Assembly: GCA_902589965.1 (NCBI GenBank)
Contig: CACIUX010000004.1
Span: 14,877-78,876 of the forward strand
DNA from: an uncultured SAR86 cluster bacterium
Lineage (GTDB): Bacteria; Pseudomonadota; Gammaproteobacteria; Magnimaribacterales; AG-339-G14
Direction of reading: 5' to 3'
Length of the DNA: 64,000 nt
Shown here: one piece after another, positions 22,340 through 32,259 of the stretch
How the letters are laid out: every line of letters starts with the position of its first letter
Numbering within the stretch: position 1 is the stretch's first letter
Position numbers and translations under genes: made by a program
The notes under the pieces: model-generated
What the model was told of the DNA's origin: nothing
What the model saw: only the letters and a program-made list of their open reading frames with translations
Databases searched by the model: none

Positions 22340-22429
22340 ACACACTTGGATAAATCAAATATTTGGGTGCTGCTTTGCTTCGAAGCAGTTAAATATCTGA
22401 TCCAAGGAAGAATAACCCGGCGTCATGCC
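22340..22429 (+). ncRNA. rpsB 5' leader (t44/S2 autoregulatory element)
   Basis: ACACAC start, stem CTTGGAT/ATCCAAG, inner ATATTT/AAATAT, GGGT bulge complementary to downstream TAACCC, apical CTGCTT/AAGCAG, small GGCG/TGCC hairpin. Confidence 0.8.
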
Positions 22430-22449
22430 TATAACAAAAGGAGCTAAAT

Positions 22450-23328
22450 ATGGAAATATCCATAGAACAGATGCTTAAAGCAGGTGTCCATTTCGGTCAT
22501 CAAACAAGGTTTTGGAATCCTAAGATGGAGAAATTCATTTTTGGATCTAGAAACAAGGTACACATAATTGATTTACAAAAGACTTTAGATTGCTTGGAGC
22601 CATCTCTAGACTTTTGCAAAAAAATTGCATCCTCGAATAATAGAATTCTATTTGTGGGAACAAAAAGATCAGCAAGAGAAGTCATAAGACAAGAAGCAGA
22701 AAGGTGCGGTATGCCTTATGTAAATCACAGATGGCTGGGTGGAATGCTGACAAACTATAAAACAATTAGAGCCTCAATAAGAAGATATGAGTTTTTAGTA
22801 TCTCAAGAAGAAGAAGGTAAGTTTAACCAATACACAAAAAAAGAGGTTTTAAAGCTAAAAAAGGAAATGGATAAACTGGAAAGATCTATTGGAGGAATAA
22901 AGAATATGGGGGGACTTCCAGAAGCTTTATTCATTGTGGACGTAGAGAATGAGAAAATTGCTGTAGCTGAAGCTAAAAAAATGGGGATTCCTATTGTTGG
23001 TCTTGTAGATACAAACTCTGATCCTGATTCAGTGGATTATATTATTCCTGGAAATGATGATGCCATAAGGTCAATCTCTTTACTTGCTAGATTAGTCTCA
23101 AATGCTTGCCTTGAAGGAGCTGAGAAAGCCACGGGCATTAGAGGTGATGGAGATGGTCCAGTTATTGTAAAGAAATCCGATCTTGATAAAAAAGAAAAGG
23201 TAGATGCCAAAACTTCTTCCGATGCAAAGGAAAAAAAACAAGCTAAGGAAGAATCTCCAGCCGAGAATGTTTCTGAGGAAAATGAATCTGAATCAGAACA
23301 GAAAGAATCGAATGAGGTAAAAGAATGA
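22450..23328 (+). CDS. rpsB: 30S ribosomal protein S2 with charged C-terminal extension
   Basis: AGVHFGHQTRFWNPKM, RWLGGMLTN, PGNDDAIRS. Confidence 0.98.
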   Translation: MEISIEQMLKAGVHFGHQTRFWNPKMEKFIFGSRNKVHIIDLQKTLDCLEPSLDFCKKIASSNNRILFVGTKRSAREVIRQEAERCGMPYVNHRWLGGMLTNYKTIRASIRRYEFLVSQEEEGKFNQYTKKEVLKLKKEMDKLERSIGGIKNMGGLPEALFIVDVENEKIAVAEAKKMGIPIVGLVDTNSDPDSVDYIIPGNDDAIRSISLLARLVSNACLEGAEKATGIRGDGDGPVIVKKSDLDKKEKVDAKTSSDAKEKKQAKEESPAENVSEENESESEQKESNEVKE

Positions 23329-24167
23329 CTGAAATCAAAGCTGCAGATGTGAAATCTCTCAGAGATAAAACTGGTCTTGGAATTATGGAATGCAAAGCTG
23401 CCCTTAAGGAAACAGGAGGAAATCTTGACGAGGCGGTGGAATATCTAAAAATTAATAGCAACTTAAAAGCAGAGAAAAAAGCTTCCAGAACAGCGGTTGA
23501 AGGTCTATTGCTAACAGCCAACAATCTAATGGTTGAAGTTAACTGTGAGACTGATTTCGTTGCTAAAGATGAAAACTTTAAAACTTTTTGCCAAGAAGTT
23601 TTATATTATTGTTTAGAGAATGATTCGAAATCTATAGAAGAAATATCAGATGACCTTGAATCAGAAAGACAAAGCCTTGTTCAAAAGGTTGGAGAAAATG
23701 TAATTATCAGAAAAAAGGAATCTATCGGAGGAGATAACTTGTATTCATACATCCATAGCAATGGAAAGGTCGGTGCTTTAGTTTCTCTTAAGGATGACAA
23801 TGAAGAATTAGGAAGGGATATTGCTATGCACGTCACAGCATCCAATCCAAAATTTCTATCTCCAGAAGATGTAGACTCTGAAACAATTGAGAAAGAAAAA
23901 CAAATTTTAAAGGCTCAGGTTGAAGATACAAATAAGCCAGAAGAAATTATTGAGAAAATGATCGAGGGCAGGTTAAATAAGTTTCTATCTGAAATAAGTC
24001 TCCTCAAACAGCCTTTTGTTAAAGATCCTTCAACCCCAATTGAAAATATTCTTAATGATCACAAGAACTCTATTGTTGAATTTACACGTATAGAAGTTGG
24101 CGAGGGAATAGAAGTAGAGCAAAAGGACTTTGCTTCCGAAGTCCAAGCACAGCTCCAAAATTCTTAA
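23325..24167 (+). CDS. tsf: Elongation factor Ts
   Basis: LRDKTGLGIMECK, EVNCETDFVAK. Confidence 0.98.
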   Translation: MTEIKAADVKSLRDKTGLGIMECKAALKETGGNLDEAVEYLKINSNLKAEKKASRTAVEGLLLTANNLMVEVNCETDFVAKDENFKTFCQEVLYYCLENDSKSIEEISDDLESERQSLVQKVGENVIIRKKESIGGDNLYSYIHSNGKVGALVSLKDDNEELGRDIAMHVTASNPKFLSPEDVDSETIEKEKQILKAQVEDTNKPEEIIEKMIEGRLNKFLSEISLLKQPFVKDPSTPIENILNDHKNSIVEFTRIEVGEGIEVEQKDFASEVQAQLQNS

Positions 24168-24878
24168 ATGGCATCAGCAAAACGAGTCCTTCTAAAGCTC
24201 AGTGGAGAGTGGTTTGCTGGGAAAAAGGAAAAAGGTTTTGATGAAAAAATGTTTGAAAGAATATCTTCAGCTATAGACTTTACTAAACAAAAAAAAATTC
24301 AACTAGGGATAGTCTTAGGAGGAGGAAATATCTTTCGAGGAAGAGATCTCAAAGACATAAAAATCGATAGAGTGTCTGCAGACTACATAGGAATGTTATC
24401 TACTATTATGAATGGGATAGCTTTATCAAACTTTCTTAGAGAAAAAGGTCATTCGAATAAACTTTTCTCTTCATTTGCTATTGGAAACTTTGTTCAAGCT
24501 TATAATACCGAAGATGCTTTAAATGCTCTTATGGACCAAAAAGTTGTCCTCTTAGTTGGGGGAATAGGAAATCCCCTTTTCACCACGGATTCAACTGCAA
24601 GTATAAGAGCAAATGAACTGGAAGCAGATTTTATGTTAAAAGCAACCAACGTAAATGGAGTTTATGATACTGATCCAAAAGAGAATCCAAAGGCCAAAAA
24701 ATTTGAAAACTTAACTTTTGATGATGCAATTAATCAAAACCTTCAAGTAATGGATCAAACTGCCCTTTGCTTCTGCAGAGATAATAATTTACAAGTTAGA
24801 GTATTCAATGCTGATGAAAAGGACGGATTTGAAAAAGCAATATCTGGAGAAGAAATAGGTACATTACTTAAAAATTAA
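24168..24878 (+). CDS. pyrH: Uridylate kinase
   Basis: LLKLSGE, GGGNIFRG, GNPLFTTD. Confidence 0.97.
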   Translation: MASAKRVLLKLSGEWFAGKKEKGFDEKMFERISSAIDFTKQKKIQLGIVLGGGNIFRGRDLKDIKIDRVSADYIGMLSTIMNGIALSNFLREKGHSNKLFSSFAIGNFVQAYNTEDALNALMDQKVVLLVGGIGNPLFTTDSTASIRANELEADFMLKATNVNGVYDTDPKENPKAKKFENLTFDDAINQNLQVMDQTALCFCRDNNLQVRVFNADEKDGFEKAISGEEIGTLLKN

Positions 24879-24879
24879 T

Positions 24880-25437
24880 ATGTTAGAAGAAATAAAACAA
24901 GAGACTCTTGAGAGAATGGAAAAAAGCATTTCATCTCTTGAAAGTTCATTACAAAAAATAAGGACGGGTAGGGCTAATCCTTCTCTGCTAGACGCTATAC
25001 AAATTGATTATTATGGGAATATGACGCCACTTTCCCAAGTAAGTAACATTTCTGTTCAAGATGCAAAAACATTGTCAATTTCTCCTTGGGAAAAAAACTT
25101 AGTACCTGACATAGAGAAAGCAATTCAGTCATCTGACTTAGGTATCAATCCAGCTACTTCAGGTGATGTCATTAGAGTCATTCTTCCAGATTTAACTGAA
25201 GAAACTAGAAGAGATCTAATTAAAGTAGCAAAATCAGAAGCAGAAAATTCAAAAATCGCTTTAAGGAATCAGAGAAGAGACGCTAACGGGCTGCTCAAAG
25301 AATATCTTAAAGAAAAAGAAATTAGTGAAGATGACGAAAGGCGGGGTCAAGAAATTATTCAGAATCTGACTGACGATTTTATATCCAAAGTTGAGCAATT
25401 ACTTGAATTAAAAGAGAAAGACTTACTTGAAATTTAG
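24880..25437 (+). CDS. frr: Ribosome recycling factor
   Basis: IRTGRANPSLLD, LTEETRR. Confidence 0.98.
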   Translation: MLEEIKQETLERMEKSISSLESSLQKIRTGRANPSLLDAIQIDYYGNMTPLSQVSNISVQDAKTLSISPWEKNLVPDIEKAIQSSDLGINPATSGDVIRVILPDLTEETRRDLIKVAKSEAENSKIALRNQRRDANGLLKEYLKEKEISEDDERRGQEIIQNLTDDFISKVEQLLELKEKDLLEI

Positions 25438-25442
25438 TTTCT

Positions 25443-26147
25443 ATGACGAGCAATTCATCCAATAAGATTGGTCATGTGGCCATAATAATGGATGGAAACT
25501 CAAGATGGGCAAGGCAAAGGAATCTAAAGACAATTGAAGGTCATAAGCAGGGTGTAAATCGATTAAGAGATATTGTTAAGTATTCTGCAAAATCTGAAAT
25601 AACCCATTTATCTGTATTTGCTTTTAGCACAGAAAATTGGAAAAGATCTGCTTCAGACGTTTCAGATTTAATGAAACTCTTTCTTCAATCAATAATTAAA
25701 GAAGTTCCAGAATTAATTGAAAACAAGGTTCAGCTAAATTTTATTGGTGACATCCCTCGTTTCTCTAAATCTCTAGTATCCCAAATTAATTCTGCCATGA
25801 AGGATACTCAAGCCAAGAAACCAAACCTTAATCTTAATGTTGCCATAAGTTACGGTGGTAGATGGGATATTCTGAATGCTATAAAGAAAATCAAAGATCA
25901 TAAAATAAATACAGACAAATTAAGTGAAGATGACTTCTCTAATCTTCTATCGACCTCGGATTTTCCGGATCCAGATTTATTGATAAGAACAGGAGACGAA
26001 ATTCGTATAAGTAACTTCTTTCTTTGGCAGATATCATATTCGGAGTTGTATTTCTCAAAATTACTATGGCCTGATTTTAAATTATCTAATTTTAAATCTG
26101 CATTAAATAAATTCTCTACAAGAGATAGACGATTTGGAAAGGAATAA
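25443..26147 (+). CDS. uppS: Undecaprenyl diphosphate synthase
   Basis: HVAIIMDGNSRWA, FSTENWKR, DLLIRTG, RISNF. Confidence 0.97.
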   Translation: MTSNSSNKIGHVAIIMDGNSRWARQRNLKTIEGHKQGVNRLRDIVKYSAKSEITHLSVFAFSTENWKRSASDVSDLMKLFLQSIIKEVPELIENKVQLNFIGDIPRFSKSLVSQINSAMKDTQAKKPNLNLNVAISYGGRWDILNAIKKIKDHKINTDKLSEDDFSNLLSTSDFPDPDLLIRTGDEIRISNFFLWQISYSELYFSKLLWPDFKLSNFKSALNKFSTRDRRFGKE

Positions 26148-26149
26148 TA

Positions 26150-26773
26150 ATGATTAGATGGATATCGGGCATAGCTCTAGGATTCCTTTTTCTTGCTTAC
26201 ATACTCTTATCTGCATCCTTCTTTTTTAACTTTGGATTGATAATTATTTTTTGCATTTCAATTTATGAGCTTATCAAGTTGAAAGTTTTCTCTCTTCAAT
26301 CTCTTTTAGCTTTCATTCTTATAGTAACCGCAATCTTATGTTTATATTTAAACGAGCTGGAGCGAACCTTGATCTTGATAGCGGTTATGATTTCAGTTGC
26401 AACCGATGCATTTGCATTCTTTGCAGGTAAAGTTTTAGGCAGAAATAAAATATTCCCTATTGTAAGTCCCAATAAAACTTTAGAGGGAACGATCGGGGGT
26501 GTAGTTTCATCAGTTGTGATCAATTCTCTGATGATAACTTTGATTTTCCAAAACTCATTAAAAACTTTAGATGTAATCTTGCTTACTCTTATGATCTTTA
26601 TTTGTGCAGTAGCGGCTGTGTTTGGTGACCTGTTAATAAGCTCCATAAAAAGACAAGCTAATTTAAAAGATACAGGGAGCCTTATACCTGGCCATGGTGG
26701 ACTGTTAGATCGTATTGATAGTCACATCCTTTGTATTCCAGTATTTTTTGTTTTATATGAGGTTCTTCTATGA
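26150..26773 (+). CDS. cdsA: Phosphatidate cytidylyltransferase (short form)
   Basis: SPNKTLEG, KDTGSLIPGHGGLLDRIDS. Confidence 0.95.
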   Translation: MIRWISGIALGFLFLAYILLSASFFFNFGLIIIFCISIYELIKLKVFSLQSLLAFILIVTAILCLYLNELERTLILIAVMISVATDAFAFFAGKVLGRNKIFPIVSPNKTLEGTIGGVVSSVVINSLMITLIFQNSLKTLDVILLTLMIFICAVAAVFGDLLISSIKRQANLKDTGSLIPGHGGLLDRIDSHILCIPVFFVLYEVLL

Positions 26774-27933
26774 AGACAGTGCTTGTTCTAGGATCAACTG
26801 GTTCTATAGGAAAAAGTACGCTTGAAGTGCTGGATCTTCATAAAGAGAATTTTAAGTGTATCGGCTTGAGCGCAAATAAAAATTTTCAAGCTTTGCACGG
26901 GCAGGCGTATAAGTATTCAGTTAAAAATATTTGCATACAGGAGAGCTCTACCTCAGAAACTGATATTGAAAAGAACTCAGACATAAAAATTTATAGAGGC
27001 TCAGATGGCCAAAGTGAAATGATTAGAGATATGGATGCAGACATCGTAGTTGTTGGAATTTCAGGTGCAATTGGCCTTGAAGCAACTCATGAGGCCATAA
27101 AAACTGGCAAAAGAGTATTGATCGCTAATAAAGAGCCGCTGGTAATGTGCGGCGAATTCTTATTGAGTGAGGCTAAAAAATATCAATCAGAAATAATACC
27201 TCTCGATTCTGAGCATTCTGCTATTTTCCAATGCCTTCAAGGTTCTTCTAAAGATGATGTAAATAAAATCATATTATGTTGCTCAGGTGGTCCATTTTGG
27301 GATAAAAAAATTGAATCTTTTGAAAAGATAACTGTCCAAGATGCATTGAATCATCCTATTTGGAAAATGGGAGAAAAAATATCAATTGATTCTTCAACCT
27401 TGATGAATAAATCTTTAGAGATCATAGAGGCATCGGTTTTATTTGGGGTAGATGCTAATAAAATAGACGTTGTGATTCACCCTCAACACATTGTTCACTC
27501 AATGGTTGAGTTTAAGGATGGCTCAATACTTTCTAATTTATCTGCACCCGATATGAAAGCCTCAATATCATATGGATTAGGATTTCCTAAGAGGCTTGAA
27601 TCTGGAATAGAAAGACTATCTTTTTCTGATCTTTCTTTAAATTTTTTTGAGCCTGACCATAAAAAATTTCCAACTTTAGATTACGCAAAAAAAGCTTTAT
27701 CTTTGGGAGGGAACCTTCCCTTAATTCTAAATTCATTCAATGAAGTTGCGGTTGATCTTTTCTTGCAAGAAAAAATAAATTACCTAGATATCTTTCAACT
27801 GATTGGTCATGCATTTGAAGCGAAAGATAATCTAGACATAAATATAAAATTTGATACTGTTGACGAAATCTTGCATTTAGAAGCCTTATCTAAAAAACAG
27901 GCTAAAGTTTATTCAGAGAGATATACTTTCTAA
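26770..27933 (+). CDS. dxr: 1-deoxy-D-xylulose 5-phosphate reductoisomerase
   Basis: GSTGSIG, ANKE, DSEHSA, MGEKISIDS. Confidence 0.97.
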   Translation: MKTVLVLGSTGSIGKSTLEVLDLHKENFKCIGLSANKNFQALHGQAYKYSVKNICIQESSTSETDIEKNSDIKIYRGSDGQSEMIRDMDADIVVVGISGAIGLEATHEAIKTGKRVLIANKEPLVMCGEFLLSEAKKYQSEIIPLDSEHSAIFQCLQGSSKDDVNKIILCCSGGPFWDKKIESFEKITVQDALNHPIWKMGEKISIDSSTLMNKSLEIIEASVLFGVDANKIDVVIHPQHIVHSMVEFKDGSILSNLSAPDMKASISYGLGFPKRLESGIERLSFSDLSLNFFEPDHKKFPTLDYAKKALSLGGNLPLILNSFNEVAVDLFLQEKINYLDIFQLIGHAFEAKDNLDINIKFDTVDEILHLEALSKKQAKVYSERYTF

Positions 27934-27935
27934 TC

Positions 27936-29267
27936 ATGACAGCCGTTCTAATTTACTTAATAGCATTTGTTGTACTGATTTCGGTAATAACCATTATTCA
28001 TGAGTCAGGTCATTTTTTTGCTGCAAGAATTTGCAGAGTAAAAGTTTTAGATTTCTCAATAGGTATGGGACCATCTATCTTTCAGAAACAGGACAAGCAT
28101 CAGACAAATTACAACATAAGAATTTTACCAATCGGAGGATTCGTACAAATGCTAGGGGAGGGTGAAAGTTCCTCTGAAAAAGATTCCTTTCAATCAAAAC
28201 CATATCATCAGAGATTATTCATAGTTCTCGCTGGTCCTATGGCTAATTTTATTTTAGCTTTCATAATTTTTGCCGGTTTAAATATTTATGGAATTCAAGA
28301 AATATCCTCTGACATCGGGCAGGTTGGAAAAGATAGTCCTGCTTATAACGCTGGAATAGAATCAGGAACCAAGATAAAAAGTATTGATGAATCTTTTGTT
28401 GAAACCAGAATGGAGGTTCAATCTGCCTTGTTAAGACGGCTCGGAGAAACTGGCATTATAAATATTGAAACCGAAGATTTTCAAGGCGTCACTTCTTCAC
28501 ACCAGATATATATATCTGAGTGGCTAAAGGGAGAAGAACCAAACGACCTAATGGGAGATCTAGGAATGTATCTACCTTCGGAAATAATCATTGCTCAAAT
28601 GACAGAAAACGGTCCAGCTGAAAATTCTGGACTAATGATAGGCGATAAAATTAATGCTATCGATTTCAATGAAATACAATCTTGGGAAGATCTTAAGTTT
28701 TTTATCAATTCATCTGAAGGAAAAGAAATATTGGTAAGTATTTCAAGAAATAATTCCAACTTTGATTATCTTGTTCAGCCTGAATATCGAGAATCTCCTG
28801 AACCTGCATGGTTAATTGGAATAGCGGCAAATTTGAAGATTCTTCCATCTTCGATTATAAAAAAAAGGTACGGTCTTCTTGAAGGCTCACTTAAAGCCTT
28901 TAAGGATACCTACTCCAAATCTGTAGAATCATTAATTTTTCTAAAAAAGATGGTACAAGGCTTGATTTCGCCTAGAAATCTTGGTGGTCCGGTTATGATT
29001 GGTCAATATGCAGGAGATTCAATTAAATATGGGGGTCTCTTTTCCTTCTTAATGTTGATGGCTCTTATCAGTATCGGATTGGGTATTATCAATCTATTAC
29101 CTATTCCGGTTTTGGATGGTGGCCAAGCCGTGATGATGACATTAGAAAAAATAAAAGGTTCACCTCTTTCTGAAAACTTTGTAGGAATATCGTATAGGCT
29201 GGGTATAGCATTTATTGTATGTCTTATGATCTTTACCTTTTTTAATGACCTTTCAAGGATTTTTTGA
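27936..29267 (+). CDS. rseP: Site-2 intramembrane metalloprotease RseP
   Basis: HESGH, two PDZ-like regions, NLLPIPVLDGG. Confidence 0.96.
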   Translation: MTAVLIYLIAFVVLISVITIIHESGHFFAARICRVKVLDFSIGMGPSIFQKQDKHQTNYNIRILPIGGFVQMLGEGESSSEKDSFQSKPYHQRLFIVLAGPMANFILAFIIFAGLNIYGIQEISSDIGQVGKDSPAYNAGIESGTKIKSIDESFVETRMEVQSALLRRLGETGIINIETEDFQGVTSSHQIYISEWLKGEEPNDLMGDLGMYLPSEIIIAQMTENGPAENSGLMIGDKINAIDFNEIQSWEDLKFFINSSEGKEILVSISRNNSNFDYLVQPEYRESPEPAWLIGIAANLKILPSSIIKKRYGLLEGSLKAFKDTYSKSVESLIFLKKMVQGLISPRNLGGPVMIGQYAGDSIKYGGLFSFLMLMALISIGLGIINLLPIPVLDGGQAVMMTLEKIKGSPLSENFVGISYRLGIAFIVCLMIFTFFNDLSRIF

Positions 29268-31642
29268 TGAAAAGATTATTATCCTTTTTTCTATTTATAT
29301 ATTCTGTTGGCACTTTTGCAGATTCCTGGGTAATTGAAGACATAAGAGTTACTGGCCTTCAGAGAGTTTCAGCAGGATCAGTTTTTGCCTCGATGCCAGT
29401 ATCTGTCGGTGATGAAATAGATCGAAGAGAAATTCAACTTGTTGCAAAGTCAATTTTTAATACTGGTAAATTCGACGATATAGAAATTGGAAGGGATGGA
29501 GGAGCCTTACTAATTAACTTGGTTGAAAGGCCTTCCATTGCATCTATAGATATTCAAGGTAACAAAGCAATAAAAACTGATGCATTACTTGAAGGACTGA
29601 GAAACTCTGATTTATACGAGGGCCAACTTTATAGAAGATCAATTGTAGAAGGGTTAAGTGTAGAGCTAGAAAGACAATACGTAGCTCAAGGTAGATACGG
29701 CGCAAAAGTTAAGGTGGAAAGTAATAATCTACCAAGAAACAGAGTTGCAATCTTAATCGAAGTTGATGAGGGCGAAGTGGCTCAAATTAAAGATATAAAT
29801 ATAGTCGGTAATCAGACGTTTACTGATGAAGAACTTTTGAGAGGTTTTGAACTGAGCAAGGGTAATTGGTTATCTTTTATTACGAATGACAATAAATATG
29901 CTCAAGAAAAGTTGAGAGGTGATCTCGAGACTCTAGAGTCTTTTTACAAAAACCGAGGATATGTAAAGTTCTCAGTTGATTCTAGAGTTGTCAGCGTGTC
30001 TCCAGATAAAAAATCGGTTTTTATAACCATTGGAGTAAGAGAGGGAGGAGTTTATAAAGTTAAAGAGACTAAATTAGCTGGAGATCTTCCTTTATCAAAA
30101 GATAATCTAAGAAACTTAATTTTCGTAAAGCCAGATACAGTATTCTCTCAGGAGCTCGTAACGGCATCTGAAGAATTTATTACTAATACACTTGGGAATG
30201 AAGGTTACGCCTTTGCTGAAGTCTCAGGAGTTCCTGAAATCTTAGACGATGAACAAGCGGTAAATCTAACTTTTTTTGTTGAGCCTGGCCAAAGAACCTA
30301 TGTCAGAAGAATAGAATTTATTGGAAACGAAAGGACCTATGATGTAGTGCTTAGGCGAGAGATGAGACAAATGGAAGGAGCATGGGCATCTAATGCTTTA
30401 ATTGAAAATTCTAAACTTCGTTTAGAAAGGTTAGGTTTCTTTAAGCAAGTAGAGGTTGAGACAAAGCCGGTGCCTGGTATTAGTGATCAAGTGGACATTG
30501 AGTACACCGTAGAGGAAGAATTCTCTGGTTCCATTGGAGGATCAATTGGATATGGTGCATGGGGTCTTACTTTGGGTGCAAACTACTCCGAGAATAATGC
30601 TTTTGGAACTGGAAACAGATTAGTGGTAGGAATCAATAAGAATGCTTGGCAAACCAGTTATAACTTCAATTTTTTTGATCCTTATTACACCATTGATGCA
30701 GTAAGCCTCGGGTACAATGCCTTTTACCGATCATCTGACTTTGGTTCTTACAATCTTGCTTCTTACTCAACAGATTCTTACGGTTTAGGAGCTCAATTTG
30801 GTTTCCCTATAAGTGAAATTGAAAGATTAAATCTTAATATATCCTACGATAATACTAAGCTAGATGCGGGTAATTTCTCGTCTTTGCAATTGAATGATTT
30901 TGTTAATCAGGAAGGAGATACATTTGAGACTTATAAATTAACCACTACATGGTCTAGAGTTACCCTAAATAGAGGTATTTTCCCTACGGCCGGTCAATCC
31001 CATGCTGTAAGTATCCAAACCTCCCTCCCTGGCAGCAGTTTAAATTATGGGAAACTAATTTATAGAATGAAATATTATGCTCCCATGGGGAATGATTGGG
31101 TTTTTTCTTTCAGAAATCAGATCGGAATTCTTGCAGCATACGGAGATACTTCTACGCCACCATTTTTTGAACATTTCTATGCTGGGGGGATGAACTCCGT
31201 TCGTGGTTTTAGAGCAAATACTTTGGGACCAAGGTCGGAAGCAAGTGAATATGTGATTGATTCAAATGGCCAAATCGTAACTGATTCAGATGGTAACCCA
31301 ATACCAAATCCGTATTACTTTTATGAAAGAAGACCTATAGGTGGACAATACTCTCTTGAAGGTGGAGTAGACTGGATATTCCCGTTACCTATCAGCCAAG
31401 ATACTCGATCTGTAAGAAGCTCTGTTTTCTTTGATTATGGAAATGTATTTAGCGACGGTTGCAAAGCTTACGAAAGAAATTGTTTTAAATTTGATACAAA
31501 AAATCTCAGATATTCCGTTGGCTTAGCCGTGACTTGGATAACGCAATTAGGTCCTTTATCATTTGCAATTTCTCAAGTATTCAACAGAGATCCTTTGGAA
31601 GAAATTGAGCAGTTTCAATTTGAAATTGGTACGCAATTCTAA
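29267..31642 (+). CDS. bamA: Outer membrane protein assembly factor BamA
   Basis: POTRA repeats (DIRVTGLQRV), VRGF motif, C-terminal FQFEIGTQF; TGATG-coupled to rseP. Confidence 0.97.
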   Translation: MKRLLSFFLFIYSVGTFADSWVIEDIRVTGLQRVSAGSVFASMPVSVGDEIDRREIQLVAKSIFNTGKFDDIEIGRDGGALLINLVERPSIASIDIQGNKAIKTDALLEGLRNSDLYEGQLYRRSIVEGLSVELERQYVAQGRYGAKVKVESNNLPRNRVAILIEVDEGEVAQIKDINIVGNQTFTDEELLRGFELSKGNWLSFITNDNKYAQEKLRGDLETLESFYKNRGYVKFSVDSRVVSVSPDKKSVFITIGVREGGVYKVKETKLAGDLPLSKDNLRNLIFVKPDTVFSQELVTASEEFITNTLGNEGYAFAEVSGVPEILDDEQAVNLTFFVEPGQRTYVRRIEFIGNERTYDVVLRREMRQMEGAWASNALIENSKLRLERLGFFKQVEVETKPVPGISDQVDIEYTVEEEFSGSIGGSIGYGAWGLTLGANYSENNAFGTGNRLVVGINKNAWQTSYNFNFFDPYYTIDAVSLGYNAFYRSSDFGSYNLASYSTDSYGLGAQFGFPISEIERLNLNISYDNTKLDAGNFSSLQLNDFVNQEGDTFETYKLTTTWSRVTLNRGIFPTAGQSHAVSIQTSLPGSSLNYGKLIYRMKYYAPMGNDWVFSFRNQIGILAAYGDTSTPPFFEHFYAGGMNSVRGFRANTLGPRSEASEYVIDSNGQIVTDSDGNPIPNPYYFYERRPIGGQYSLEGGVDWIFPLPISQDTRSVRSSVFFDYGNVFSDGCKAYERNCFKFDTKNLRYSVGLAVTWITQLGPLSFAISQVFNRDPLEEIEQFQFEIGTQF

Positions 31643-31719
31643 AATATTTATTGGATAATTTGCCTCGCAATCATGTAAACTTGCCGTCAAATTTATAAAA
31701 TTAAGATATAAGGCATATT

Positions 31720-32250
31720 ATGAAAAAAATTACTTCCGCTTTAATTTTAGTTTCTCAACTATTTTTTGGTACTTCTTTATTAGCAAATACCGATGGAATG
31801 GCTGTTATTGACTATCAAGCAATCTTTTTTGGAACTGATGCAGCAAGACAGGCATTTGAAGAGCTCCAAGAGTCTGATGAATATAAAGAAATCACGGATG
31901 ATATTGCCTTAAAAGATGGGGAAAGAAAGGACGCTGCAGATAAGCTTGAAAAAGATGGACCCACAATGTCAGAATCTGAAAAAGCTGATCTTTATAAAAA
32001 AATTCAATCGTTAACTCAAGATTTGCAGTTTTTAGCTCAAAAGAGAGGAGCGCTCGAGCAAGAATTAGGTCAAAAATTACAAGCTGAGCAAGCAGAAACA
32101 GTTCAAAAAGTCGTTAATGAGCTAATTATTGCCAAAAAAATCAAGCTATTATTCAGAAGAGAGGCTTTAGCAGCATTTGAGGGAACTAATCCACTGATAA
32201 ATATTACTCCTGAAGTAATTGAGCTCATAAATCAAGAAAGCGAAGAATAA
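31720..32250 (+). CDS. skp: Periplasmic chaperone Skp/OmpH
   Basis: Signal peptide, AVID, coiled coil, NITPEVI; between bamA and lpxD. Confidence 0.85.
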   Translation: MKKITSALILVSQLFFGTSLLANTDGMAVIDYQAIFFGTDAARQAFEELQESDEYKEITDDIALKDGERKDAADKLEKDGPTMSESEKADLYKKIQSLTQDLQFLAQKRGALEQELGQKLQAEQAETVQKVVNELIIAKKIKLLFRREALAAFEGTNPLINITPEVIELINQESEE

Positions 32251-32259
32251 GATTAAATT

